Assembly (NCBI GenBank): GCA_041391825.1
Contig: JAWKNF010000001.1
Span: 10,116-74,115 of the forward strand
Direction: 5' to 3'
Origin: Flavobacteriales bacterium
GTDB lineage: Bacteria; Bacteroidota; Bacteroidia; Flavobacteriales_F; PHOS-HE28
DNA: 64,000 bases
Made by a program: the position numbers and the translations under genes. How positions within the stretch are numbered: the first letter of the stretch is position 1; each line of letters begins with the position of its first letter. The notes below the pieces were generated by a model that did not search any database, had not been told where the DNA came from, and saw only the letters and a list, made by a program, of their open reading frames with translations. This document shows, one piece after another, positions 39,476-48,378 of the stretch.

Positions 39476-41035
39476 TCATTGGTCGATGTACCCCGCTTCG
39501 GTATCGATCACCTCCAGTCGCACCAGATCGACCCGACCGTGCAATACCTGTGCGATGGTGATCTTGAACGGCCCCAGCTCCAGCACTTCGCCCTGGTCCG
39601 GGATGTCGCTCGTGGTGTGCAGAATGTAACCGGCAAGCGTGTCGTATTCCTCGCTTTCCGGGATCGCCAGCTTATGTGCCTCGATCAGGTGCGCCACTTC
39701 GGTCCTGGCGCTCAGCAGGAACTCATGCGGCCCCAAGCGCTCCTCCACCTCTTCGGGCATATCGTGCTCGTCCTCGATGTCGCCGACGATCGTCCCCACA
39801 ACGTCCTCCATGGTCAGCATACCGGCCGTTCCACCGAATTCGTCCACCACACGGCCACATGGGTGCGTTGCTTGATGAACATCTGCAGCGTCCGCCGGCA
39901 TCGTACCCGGAATGAAGTTCACCGGACGCATGACCTCGCGGATGCTGCGCGGTTCGCGGAAGAGCCAGCCGTGCACATAGCCGATGATGTTATCGATACC
40001 ATCCTTGTACACGAGCAATTTGCTCATCCCACTTTCGATGAAGCGCTGCCGCAACACATCTACGGGCTCATCCACCTGTACCGCTTCGATCTGTGCACGT
40101 GGGACCATCAATCTCGCGCACCTTTGGTATTGCTCAATTCAAGCGTGTTACGGAAGTACTCCACCTCGGCGTCCATGGTGGGTGTTGCTCGTCTGATTGT
40201 TGCCCACGTCCTTCAAGAAGTCATCCGCATCGATGCGTCCGAAGGCCACTTGTCCGGACTTGTTCGGTACGCCGAACATTCGAAGTACCAGTTCGCTCAA
40301 GCCGGTCATCACCATCATGGGCAACCAGAGTACGATGTACAGGACCTGCAGGGGCAGCGCGAACACGCTCAAAGGCCCCGTTCGGATCGGCCCGGAAAGA
40401 TCGCCTTCGGAAGGAATTCCGCCAGCACCAGGATGATCAGGTGCTGAGCACCGTTTGTGATACGAGCACGAAGACCTCTCCAAGGCCGTAGCTGTGCAAT
40501 CCATGGCTCAATACCTTGGCCATGAGGATGCCGTACAACACCAGCGCGACGTTGTTCCCCACCAACGGTGCACCGATCACAATGCGACCGGGCTTCCGTA
40601 GCGACGGAGACCAGACGCGCCCAATGGTCTGCGCTTTCGCTCCAATTCCACGTACAGCTTGTTGCTGCTCAAAAGCGTCTCCAACCCGGAACACATGGCC
40701 GAAACAGCCACGGTAAGAACGATCAGAGATCTGGTCTGGTGAGGGTAATGGCCAAGTACGAAAGCGGTCAACGCCGCACGGGACGAAGATAGCGGGCCGG
40801 GCCGAGCCGGGGTCAACGACCCTGCTGCTCCTCCGATCGCAAGGCTTCGAGCTTGGCCCGCAGAAACGACGGAAGAAGAACATGGCCAATGCGATGCCCG
40901 GGAACCATAACCATTGGCGACCGACCTCGAAGCCATCGGTGACGATGACCCAGAGGGCCGCGATGGATGTTCGATCGCAACGGCGAGCCAGAAATGCTCC
41001 ATGAAGCGTATCTTTCGCATGGCGTTCAGGCTCAC
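39476..41035 (-). pseudogene. GldE/CorC-family protein (DUF21 TM domain + CBS pair + CorC_HlyC), heavily frameshifted (at least 5 indels)
   Basis: Recognisable pieces …SAMCSGLETLLSSNKLYVELE…, …GAPLVGNNVALVLYGILMAKV…, …LFIESGMSKLLVYKDGIDNIIGYVH…, …FIKQRTHVAVVVDEFGGTAGMLTMEDVV…, …CorC_HlyC C-terminus, scattered over all three minus-strand frames. Confidence 0.6.
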
Positions 41036-41219
41036 CTCAGGGCGCTGCCGGGGCTAAGGTATCATCAGCGGCCATGTACAGTTGGCCGGGGATCCGGTGA
41101 ATGACGTAGTGGCTGAAATCTTCCGCAGCATCCAGGCCCTGGCCGTGGATGATGTCCGATCCAGGGCTGGATGCGGACCGCCTTGTCGGTATGCACCCGT
41201 CCGCTATCCTGGTCCCAGG

Positions 41220-41600
41220 TCAGCTGTTCGGTCTCCAGGCGTTCCCCTTTTCGTTCACGAACACCACCTGCTCGAACACCTCCATACGCTGCTCTTTCTT
41301 CAGGATACGCCCCCGACGCGATGTGAGCACACTGCGCTGCGCACCCGTGCTATCGAAGAACACCAGTTCCACTCCTTCACTCATCTCGGTCCGCTGGGGT
41401 TCTTCCCGCCACTCGGCGATGCGACCCGCCCGCAATCGATTGCGAACACGTCCGGAGTCGGTGAACAGGTATTCGGCCTCGGTGGCGATCCGGTCCGGGG
41501 CCGTCCCGCCAACGTCCACCGCCGCGACCTTGTCCAGGTCGTTCTTGCATGAAACGAACATTCCCACCCCGATCAGGGTGGGAACGACGCAATAGTCGTG
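41220..41600 (-). CDS. LptC-like (OstA N-terminal-like) small periplasmic protein; N-terminus or start unclear
   Basis: …LIGVGMFVSCKNDLDKV… TM/lipobox-like segment followed by …ATEAEYLFTDSGRVRNRL…SEGVELVFFDSTGAQRSVLTSRRG…VVFVNEKGN. No in-frame ATG precedes the TM segment. Confidence 0.35.
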   Translation of the reverse strand, partial: HDYCVVPTLIGVGMFVSCKNDLDKVAAVDVGGTAPDRIATEAEYLFTDSGRVRNRLRAGRIAEWREEPQRTEMSEGVELVFFDSTGAQRSVLTSRRGRILKKEQRMEVFEQVVFVNEKGNAWRPNS

Positions 41601-42964
41601 TGCAGGTATCGGGCCACCGGTCCTATTTCCGGAAGCGTACCGTCGTACTCGTTCAAGCCACCGCAGGCCACTTGAACACTCTGGCCTTCGCTCATCTGGT
41701 GGAAGAAGGCATCGCCTGGGTGGGGAAACGTGCGGCCGATGATGCCATGCGCTCGGAAGCCTTCGCTCACGCTCGGATCGAGGCTTTTGGCACGCTGGTA
41801 GTAATCGTAGGCCAACCAGTACACACCATGAGTCAGGTGGCTGACAGCTTCCTGCGTTATGGCCGCCACTGCATTGCCGATCAGCATCATGGCCTCGCCG
41901 TTCTTCGGTTCGATCTGCAACACCTGGTTCGCATAGCTGCGCGCCTGACCATGGTTGCCGTTGGCACTGGCCACCTGACCGGCCTTCAAGAGGTACTTCA
42001 CCTTGTCCGGGCATCCATCGCACAGGTCCACGGCCTCTTTCATGTACTTCATGGCACCGGTCATGTCGCGGTCCTTCACCAAGGACATGGCCAAGCTGAA
42101 GGCGCTTTCGCTCGTTGGGCTTGCGGCATGAACGGCTTTGGCCAAAGGCAGGTAGCTCGCCTCGTCCGTGCAATCCTTGCCGTTCAGCACTTTCAGCAAG
42201 CGCACCTTCAGGTCCATATCGTCGGGCTTGGCATTGATCATATCCCCCACGATCCGTCCGATATCCGAACACTCGGCGATCTTGAAGAAGAGGGTGTTCA
42301 CATTATCGCGGGCTTGGGTGATGTAGTCCCGATCGCGCTCCTTCAGACCAGGGTTGCTCAACTTGGCCTCGATGAAACCCATGATGAACACATATTCCGC
42401 CATCATCTGGTCCTTGGTGGCCTTCCCCTTGTTGTAAAGGATGCTCAATGCCTGATAGTCGGCGTTCAAGGTGCCTGCTTCGCTGCGCTCCTGGGCGCCT
42501 TCCACCGACTTGTGCAGGATGTCGAAGGCCTCCTGGTCCCGATCCGGGCTGTACACCAGCATGTCAGCGCCCTTACGGCCGAAGACGAAATCCTCTTCGC
42601 CGAAGTTGGCGGCGCGCATGTCGTAGATGATGTACAAGGAATCGATCAAGCGCAGCTTTCTTGCTTCGTCCTTCTCATTCGCGATGAAGGTGGGCAGGAT
42701 GGTCTGTGCACCGTTCTGGTACACCCCCTTGCTGGCGGCCGGACAGACCCGCAGCACCTCCTTCCAAGGGCCATAGGCATCCTTCACGGCATCCTGCTTC
42801 ATGAACTCCTGGTACAAGCTCAGGTTCTGTACACAGGTCACACTATCCTCCGGGTTGGCACCATACTTCGACTGCGCCGAGGCGGTGACCATCAGCATCA
42901 TGGCGCCGATCAAGCTTGCGATGCGAATTGGCTGCTTCATTCTATCCTTCTTTTTTTGAACCAC
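41573..42964 (-). CDS. secreted TPR-like repeat protein
   Basis: Signal peptide (…MLMVTASAQ), alpha-helical repeat composition. 463 aa (start may be at 42940). Confidence 0.65.
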   Translation of the reverse strand: MVQKKKDRMKQPIRIASLIGAMMLMVTASAQSKYGANPEDSVTCVQNLSLYQEFMKQDAVKDAYGPWKEVLRVCPAASKGVYQNGAQTILPTFIANEKDEARKLRLIDSLYIIYDMRAANFGEEDFVFGRKGADMLVYSPDRDQEAFDILHKSVEGAQERSEAGTLNADYQALSILYNKGKATKDQMMAEYVFIMGFIEAKLSNPGLKERDRDYITQARDNVNTLFFKIAECSDIGRIVGDMINAKPDDMDLKVRLLKVLNGKDCTDEASYLPLAKAVHAASPTSESAFSLAMSLVKDRDMTGAMKYMKEAVDLCDGCPDKVKYLLKAGQVASANGNHGQARSYANQVLQIEPKNGEAMMLIGNAVAAITQEAVSHLTHGVYWLAYDYYQRAKSLDPSVSEGFRAHGIIGRTFPHPGDAFFHQMSEGQSVQVACGGLNEYDGTLPEIGPVARYLHTTIASFPP

Positions 42965-44310
42965 TGCTCCCTGATGTCCGGTGTTATCGTGACCCCGAGG
43001 AAGATCGTGGCATAGTGTTCTTCGATCAATCCGTTGGCGGTGGTACCCCTTCTTCCCATTTCCGTGCCCAGATTGAGCCGGCTTCGGGTGGTACTACCCA
43101 TCAACGGTAGGGATACGCCAAAAGACATGCCGATCTCTTGCAGCTGCGTTTCGTTGACCACCAGATAGTCGTTGTAGTAACGCACACCGGCCCGGTATAT
43201 GGCCCGTTCCCAAAAGGTTCCTCCGATCTCCCCGGCGGGCCGGAAACTGGCCCCCAGCATGAATGTGCTGCTGTTCGCAAGCTTGTTCGGCAGGGTGTAT
43301 CCCTCGGTGCTCACGCGAAGGTCCTGCCAGTTGCGCATGGCCACTTCAGCGGACAAGGTCCATCGAAGGTCGAACACCGTGAACCCGGCACGCAGGCCGA
43401 GTGGTAATTCGAATGTGCCCGGTGTCCCTTCCTTGAAACGCAAGGTATCGAAGGTCTGCTCCACCCCACGGCTGCTCAATGCATAGTTCGTGACCAGTTC
43501 ATCCTGCACAGCACCGAGATCGGTCGGTAGCTCCACCGCGACCCCAGCCAAGAAATGCAAGCCATTGTCACGGAGGGTGGTCTTCGGCCGAAGGTCGCCT
43601 TGGAACTGGATACCGACCGTACCGACCGGATCGCGCAGCACCAACGTGGATACCACGCTGGTATTGTAGATCCCGGAGCTGCTGGGATACACCGCCTTGC
43701 GTGTTTCCTCCACGCGTCCGAAGAGATACTCCAAGTTTGCCCCGATCGAGAGCTTGTGGCCGTTCTTCAATGAATCACGACGCTCCAGCACCGTCCAGCC
43801 CAGCCCGATGTACGCGCGGTTCAACCCGCCATCGCCCGTATAGTTGTACGTGACCGGCGTTCCATCGCTCAAGCGCTGCGGATCGGTGATGTTGTAATTG
43901 ACCTCGCTGACCGGGGATACGCCGATGCCCAGCCCCCATCGACCGTTCCCGAAAGGCACACCCATGGTAAGCCCCAGCAAGCCCACACGACGGCCGAAGG
44001 CTTCATCGTTGGCCGTGGTGTAACGCGTCGGTCGAACGGCCATGCCGGCCTCGAAGCAGGTCCGTTGCAAGGAGGAATACGATGCCGGATTCGCCGATAC
44101 CAGGCTGAAGGGATCGACGACGGCGGCGCCGAGCCCACCCATCATGGCCTGGGACACCTGAGTGGAGCCGACGAATTCGCCGAGCCCATAGGCCGAATAA
44201 GGGGACCCGTTCCCTTGGTCACCCTGCGCCACCAGCGCCACCGGCACCAGCAGGGCGAGCCCCGTGATGGATCGAGCGATGATGTTCCAACAGTGCATGA
44301 TAGCCTTCAA
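42937..44310 (-). CDS. FadL/TodX-family outer-membrane channel (PorV-like candidate)
   Basis: Signal peptide, then the FadL-type N-terminal motif (…GLGEFVGSTQVSQAMMGGLGAAVVDPFSLVSANPA…). Beta-barrel composition. 457 aa. Confidence 0.55.
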   Translation of the reverse strand: MKAIMHCWNIIARSITGLALLVPVALVAQGDQGNGSPYSAYGLGEFVGSTQVSQAMMGGLGAAVVDPFSLVSANPASYSSLQRTCFEAGMAVRPTRYTTANDEAFGRRVGLLGLTMGVPFGNGRWGLGIGVSPVSEVNYNITDPQRLSDGTPVTYNYTGDGGLNRAYIGLGWTVLERRDSLKNGHKLSIGANLEYLFGRVEETRKAVYPSSSGIYNTSVVSTLVLRDPVGTVGIQFQGDLRPKTTLRDNGLHFLAGVAVELPTDLGAVQDELVTNYALSSRGVEQTFDTLRFKEGTPGTFELPLGLRAGFTVFDLRWTLSAEVAMRNWQDLRVSTEGYTLPNKLANSSTFMLGASFRPAGEIGGTFWERAIYRAGVRYYNDYLVVNETQLQEIGMSFGVSLPLMGSTTRSRLNLGTEMGRRGTTANGLIEEHYATIFLGVTITPDIREQWFKKRRIE

Positions 44311-45007
44311 GGGTCAGGAATGGGATCGCAAAGATGCCACTTTCCATTGCGCGGGCGAACCGCAAGGCATCTCCTCCGGTGAGGACAACGGCCATGGAGG
44401 GCCTTTCCTTGCCATAGGCCCGAACAAATTCGCGCATTTCACCGAGGATACCGTGATGGATGCCGGCCTCCAAGGCTTCTCGCGTGCTTGTTCCAAGGTT
44501 GTTCGGCGCCTCTGGTGGATCCACCAATGGAAGCCGTGCGCTGTATGCGTTCATGGCTTTCGCCCGCATCACCATCCCGGGTGTGATCGCCCCGCCGGCA
44601 TATGTCCCGTCGGCTTCCGATACATCGTAGGTGATGCAGGTACCCAGGTCCGCGACCAGCACGGGACGACCCGGAAAACGGCGAGCGCCAGCAACCACGT
44701 TGGCCAAGCGATCGGCCCCCAACGTTGCGGGCGTTGCATACTTGTTCCGTATCGGGGCCTCCGAAGCGCCATCGAACACGAAGACCGGGGCCAACTCCCG
44801 CAGCCGGGCAAGGAACCCATCATCCGGTGCGGCAACACTGCCCAAGGCGATGGCCACTGGTCGGTCCGATCCGATGAATTCCCTCAACGCGACCATATCG
44901 CCATTGGCCATGGTACCCGTTCGCAATGATCCGGAGGCCTTGAAAAGACCCAGCTTCGAACGGGTATTCCCGATGTCGAGGATCAGATCGGTGTGTGCTT
45001 CGTGCAT
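44219..45007 (-). CDS. coaX: type III pantothenate kinase
   Basis: …LILDIGNTRSKLGLF… and the Bvg-accessory-factor fold. Gly/Ala-rich C-terminal tail overlaps the downstream gene. Confidence 0.85.
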   Translation of the reverse strand: MHEAHTDLILDIGNTRSKLGLFKASGSLRTGTMANGDMVALREFIGSDRPVAIALGSVAAPDDGFLARLRELAPVFVFDGASEAPIRNKYATPATLGADRLANVVAGARRFPGRPVLVADLGTCITYDVSEADGTYAGGAITPGMVMRAKAMNAYSARLPLVDPPEAPNNLGTSTREALEAGIHHGILGEMREFVRAYGKERPSMAVVLTGGDALRFARAMESGIFAIPFLTLEGYHALLEHHRSIHHGARPAGAGGAGGAG

Positions 45008-45076
45008 GGATCGATCACTTGTATATCTTTGCGGCCCTTGTTCGCCCACCTCCAGCTACGGAGCGAGCAAATTTCG

Positions 45077-45149
45077 GTGCCTTAGCTCAGCTGGTAGAGC
45101 AATGGATTGAAAATCCATGTGTCCCCAGTTCGATTCTGGGAGGCACCAC
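45077..45149 (+). tRNA. tRNA-Phe (GAA)
   Basis: Cloverleaf GGTGCCT/AGGCACC acceptor stem, D-loop AGCTCAGCTGGTAGAGC, anticodon loop ATTGAAAAT, T-arm GTTCGATTC. Confidence 0.93.
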
Positions 45150-45157
45150 CGAAGAGA

Positions 45158-45188
45158 CCCTTCCGCGAACCGGAAGGGTTTTTCTTTT
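45158..45188 (+). terminator. rho-independent terminator after tRNA-Phe
   Basis: CCCTTCCG-cgaac-CGGAAGGG followed by ttttt. Confidence 0.65.
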
Positions 45189-45214
45189 GGGGGTGCGGCC
45201 GATGCCGAATGCGT

Positions 45215-45802
45215 TCAAGGGTTCTTGGCTAACCACTCCTTCACTCGGGCCAAGTGCTGCTGCTTCACAGGTTCCCGCAACATCTTGTTCGTAGCGGTGA
45301 AGTAACGATGCTGCTCCAGGAAGCGGACCTGAAGTTCGTTCCAAGCGCGCTCGGTGTGCAGCACCCCATATGCACGCATCTCATTGAACAGGTCCTGTCC
45401 GATCTGGTCGAAATCCGCACGGCCCAAGTAGTCCAGGTCGGCGTCGCAAAGGATACGGGCCAACTTGTTCCGTGGAGCTTGAGGTATGCGCGTCGATTGG
45501 ATCATCGCACAGACCTTTTCGATCTGCGCTTGTGAAAAACCGAATCCGGGCAAGGATTCGCGAGCGATCCTGCAGCCCACGTTCTCGTGTTCGAGGTCCT
45601 TCTCGGTGAAACCGACATCATGGTACAGAGCGGCGATCTTCAAAAGTTCGAGCCCTTCGCCGGAAACGCCCTCCTTCTCCGCTATATCAACGACACTGGC
45701 GAACACATCCAACGTATGCTCAAGAGAATGATAGGTACGGTCCTTCGGAAGCTCGTCAGCCAGCTTCGCCAGTATGAACGCACGTGCACCCTGTGGATCC
45801 AT
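45215..45802 (-). CDS. HD-domain phosphohydrolase
   Basis: H…HD motif (…TYHSLEHTLDV…AALYHDVG…CDADL…). Start placed at MDPQGARAFIL. A longer ORF extends to 45886. Confidence 0.75.
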   Translation of the reverse strand: MDPQGARAFILAKLADELPKDRTYHSLEHTLDVFASVVDIAEKEGVSGEGLELLKIAALYHDVGFTEKDLEHENVGCRIARESLPGFGFSQAQIEKVCAMIQSTRIPQAPRNKLARILCDADLDYLGRADFDQIGQDLFNEMRAYGVLHTERAWNELQVRFLEQHRYFTATNKMLREPVKQQHLARVKEWLAKNP

Positions 45803-45836
45803 CACCCTTGGCGGGTCAAGATAAGCATGCGACCCA

Positions 45837-46814
45837 ATGCGCACCTCCCTACATTTGATGGGCATGGCTTCCCCGCATCGGCGCACCTATCTGCTCTTCG
45901 GCTCCCTTACCGCGTACATCCTGCTCCAGTTCACTTGGTGGGCCGTGCTATTGGTCCGTAAGGAGAATGAACTGGCACAATTGGCCATGGAGGTGAAGCT
46001 GCTCGGGGGCCAGCCCGACCATCCCATGAACGATTCGCGTGCCTTCCGAATGATCGTCGGTGAGGGCTCCGTGTTCCTTCTCTTCCTGCTGCTGGTCCTG
46101 TTCCTCACCTTCCGCGCCATTCGTCGGGACCTTGCCATGGCACGAACCCAACGGAACTTCCTGATGGCCGTGACCCATGAACTGCGCACACCCATCGCGG
46201 CGATCAAGCTTCAACTGCAGACCCTTTCACGCAGTGGGATCGATGCGGAACAACGCGAGGTGCTAAGGAACCAGGCCTTGGTGGAGGCGGACCGGTTGAA
46301 CGTACTGGCTGATAAAGTGCTCTTGGCGAACAGTACCGACGAAGGTGTATTGGCCATGGACCTGAAGGAACAGGATGTGATGGAGCTGATGCGCAATGTG
46401 GTCGAGCGTGCGCGTATGCAGATCGCCCCTGACCATCAGGTGGAACTGATCGGACCCGAACGCTTCACGGCCCTCACCGATGCGCAAGCCCTGCGAAGTA
46501 TCGCGGACAACCTGATCGAGAACGCTTCGAAGTATGCGCCGGAAGGCACCCGCATCGGGATCGAGATCATCAAAGGACGTGAGGGCTGGCGCATGGTCGT
46601 GAGCGACGAGGGGCCTGGCATCGCACCGGAGGACGAGCCGCGCATTTTCGAACGCTTCTACCGCGGCGGCAACGAAGAGACCCGCCAAGCCAAGGGTACC
46701 GGGCTCGGGCTGTACATCGTTCAGCGCCTTGCCCAACGCCTGGGTGGCGAGGTGCTAGTACGGAAGGCTGTTCCGCACGGGGCTATCTTCGCGGTCTCCT
46801 TTCCCGACCGCTGA
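45837..46814 (+). CDS. sensor histidine kinase (2 TM, HisKA, HATPase_c)
   Basis: H-box …VTHELRTPIAAIKLQ…, N/G1/G2 boxes (…DNLIENASKYAP…, …GTGLGLYIV…). No response regulator adjacent. Confidence 0.85.
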   Translation: MRTSLHLMGMASPHRRTYLLFGSLTAYILLQFTWWAVLLVRKENELAQLAMEVKLLGGQPDHPMNDSRAFRMIVGEGSVFLLFLLLVLFLTFRAIRRDLAMARTQRNFLMAVTHELRTPIAAIKLQLQTLSRSGIDAEQREVLRNQALVEADRLNVLADKVLLANSTDEGVLAMDLKEQDVMELMRNVVERARMQIAPDHQVELIGPERFTALTDAQALRSIADNLIENASKYAPEGTRIGIEIIKGREGWRMVVSDEGPGIAPEDEPRIFERFYRGGNEETRQAKGTGLGLYIVQRLAQRLGGEVLVRKAVPHGAIFAVSFPDR

Positions 46815-48346
46815 TGACCGACCACAAAGTCGTATTGATCGTTCTGGATGGCTGGGGGATCGGTGCCGGTGATCGGACCGATGCGATCGCCACCGCCAAC
46901 ACCCCGTTCATCGATGGCCTGCTGCGCGATTCCCCTCATGCCAAGCTGCTGACCGATGGTGAACATGTCGGATTGCCGCCCGGCCAGATGGGCAACAGCG
47001 AGGTGGGCCACCTGAACATCGGTGCCGGCCGCGTGGTCTATCAGGACCTGCTGCGTGTGGACCGCGCTGTTGCTGATGGCAGCTTGGAAAGGAGCGCAAC
47101 CTTGCAGGAAGCATTCGCCAAGGCGTCCGTTCCTGGCACCCGCTTGCATCTGATGGGTCTCTTGTCCGATGGTGGTGTGCACGCCATGCGCACCCATGCC
47201 GAGGCACTTTGCCACATGGCCGAACGCGCCGGACTGAAAGAGGTCTTCGTGCACGCCTTCACCGATGGGCGCGACACGGACCCGCTGATGGGTAAAGGCT
47301 ACGCGGAGAAATTCATCTCCAACATCCAAGGCACCCATGCGCGGATGGCGAGCGTGACCGGGCGTTACTTCGCCATGGACCGCGACAAGCGTTGGGAACG
47401 CGTGGCCAAGGCCTATGAGGTGCTGGTGAACGGAAAGGGTATCGCGGTAAGCGATCCGCTCGAGGTTTTCGATCGCAGTTATACCGGGGGCATCAGCGAT
47501 GAGTTCATCGAACCGCACGTGATGGTGGATGCCGCGGGCTCGCCCATCGGAACGATCAGGCCGCATGATGTGGTGATCTGCTTCAACTTCCGCACGGACC
47601 GCTGCCGCGAGATAACTCAAGCACTTACCCAACAAGCCTTCCCGGAGCACGGAATGGCACCTCTGGAATTGCATTACGTGACCATGACCGAGTACGACAG
47701 GACGTACCGGGATGTGCATGTGCTGTTCCGCAAGGACAACCTGACGAACACCTTGGGCGAGGTGGTCTCGGCGGCCGGGCTGAAGCAGATCCGGATCGCC
47801 GAAACGGAGAAGTATCCGCACGTGAGCTTCTTCTTCAGTGGCGGCCGGGAGGAGCCATTTCCCGGCGAGTCTCGCATCATGCTGCCTTCGCCGAAGGTAG
47901 CCACCTACGATCTGGCCCCGGAAATGAGCGCTCAAGGCGTTGCCGATGCCATCGCCGCGGAGCTGTCCAAAGGGGAAGTGGCCTTCGTGGCATTGAACTT
48001 CGCCAACCCCGACATGGTGGGCCACACCGGCGTTTTCGATGCCATCGTGAAAGCGGTGGAGACCACCGATCGCTGTGCCAAGCAAGTGGTGGAGGCAGGC
48101 CGCGCCAAGGGCTACTCCTTCGCGATCATCGCCGACCACGGCAATGCGGACAAGGCGGTGAACCCGGACGGAACGCCCAACACGGCGCATAGCACGAACC
48201 CCGTGCCCGTGATCCTGGTCGATGAGCGTCCGTTCGGTCTGAAGGATGGGATCCTGGCCGATGTCGCACCGACGATCCTGGAATTGATGGGCCTGAGCGC
48301 GCCGCCCGAGATGACCGGCACATCATTGCTAATCCCGAAGGCCTAA
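46814..48346 (+). CDS. gpmI: 2,3-bisphosphoglycerate-independent phosphoglycerate mutase
   Basis: …LIVLDGWGIG…, …GNSEVGHLNIGAGR…, …ADHGN… motifs. 510 aa. Confidence 0.95.
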   Translation: MTDHKVVLIVLDGWGIGAGDRTDAIATANTPFIDGLLRDSPHAKLLTDGEHVGLPPGQMGNSEVGHLNIGAGRVVYQDLLRVDRAVADGSLERSATLQEAFAKASVPGTRLHLMGLLSDGGVHAMRTHAEALCHMAERAGLKEVFVHAFTDGRDTDPLMGKGYAEKFISNIQGTHARMASVTGRYFAMDRDKRWERVAKAYEVLVNGKGIAVSDPLEVFDRSYTGGISDEFIEPHVMVDAAGSPIGTIRPHDVVICFNFRTDRCREITQALTQQAFPEHGMAPLELHYVTMTEYDRTYRDVHVLFRKDNLTNTLGEVVSAAGLKQIRIAETEKYPHVSFFFSGGREEPFPGESRIMLPSPKVATYDLAPEMSAQGVADAIAAELSKGEVAFVALNFANPDMVGHTGVFDAIVKAVETTDRCAKQVVEAGRAKGYSFAIIADHGNADKAVNPDGTPNTAHSTNPVPVILVDERPFGLKDGILADVAPTILELMGLSAPPEMTGTSLLIPKA

Positions 48347-48378
48347 AGGCTTCGGAACGAGCAGCATGATGAGCTGTG

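Noticed and set aside
41549-43015. 488-aa plus-strand ORF antisense to the TPR protein gene
   Set aside because: Same high-GC antisense artefact (His/Leu/Gly/Val-rich, no motifs). The sense gene has a signal peptide and repeat structure.
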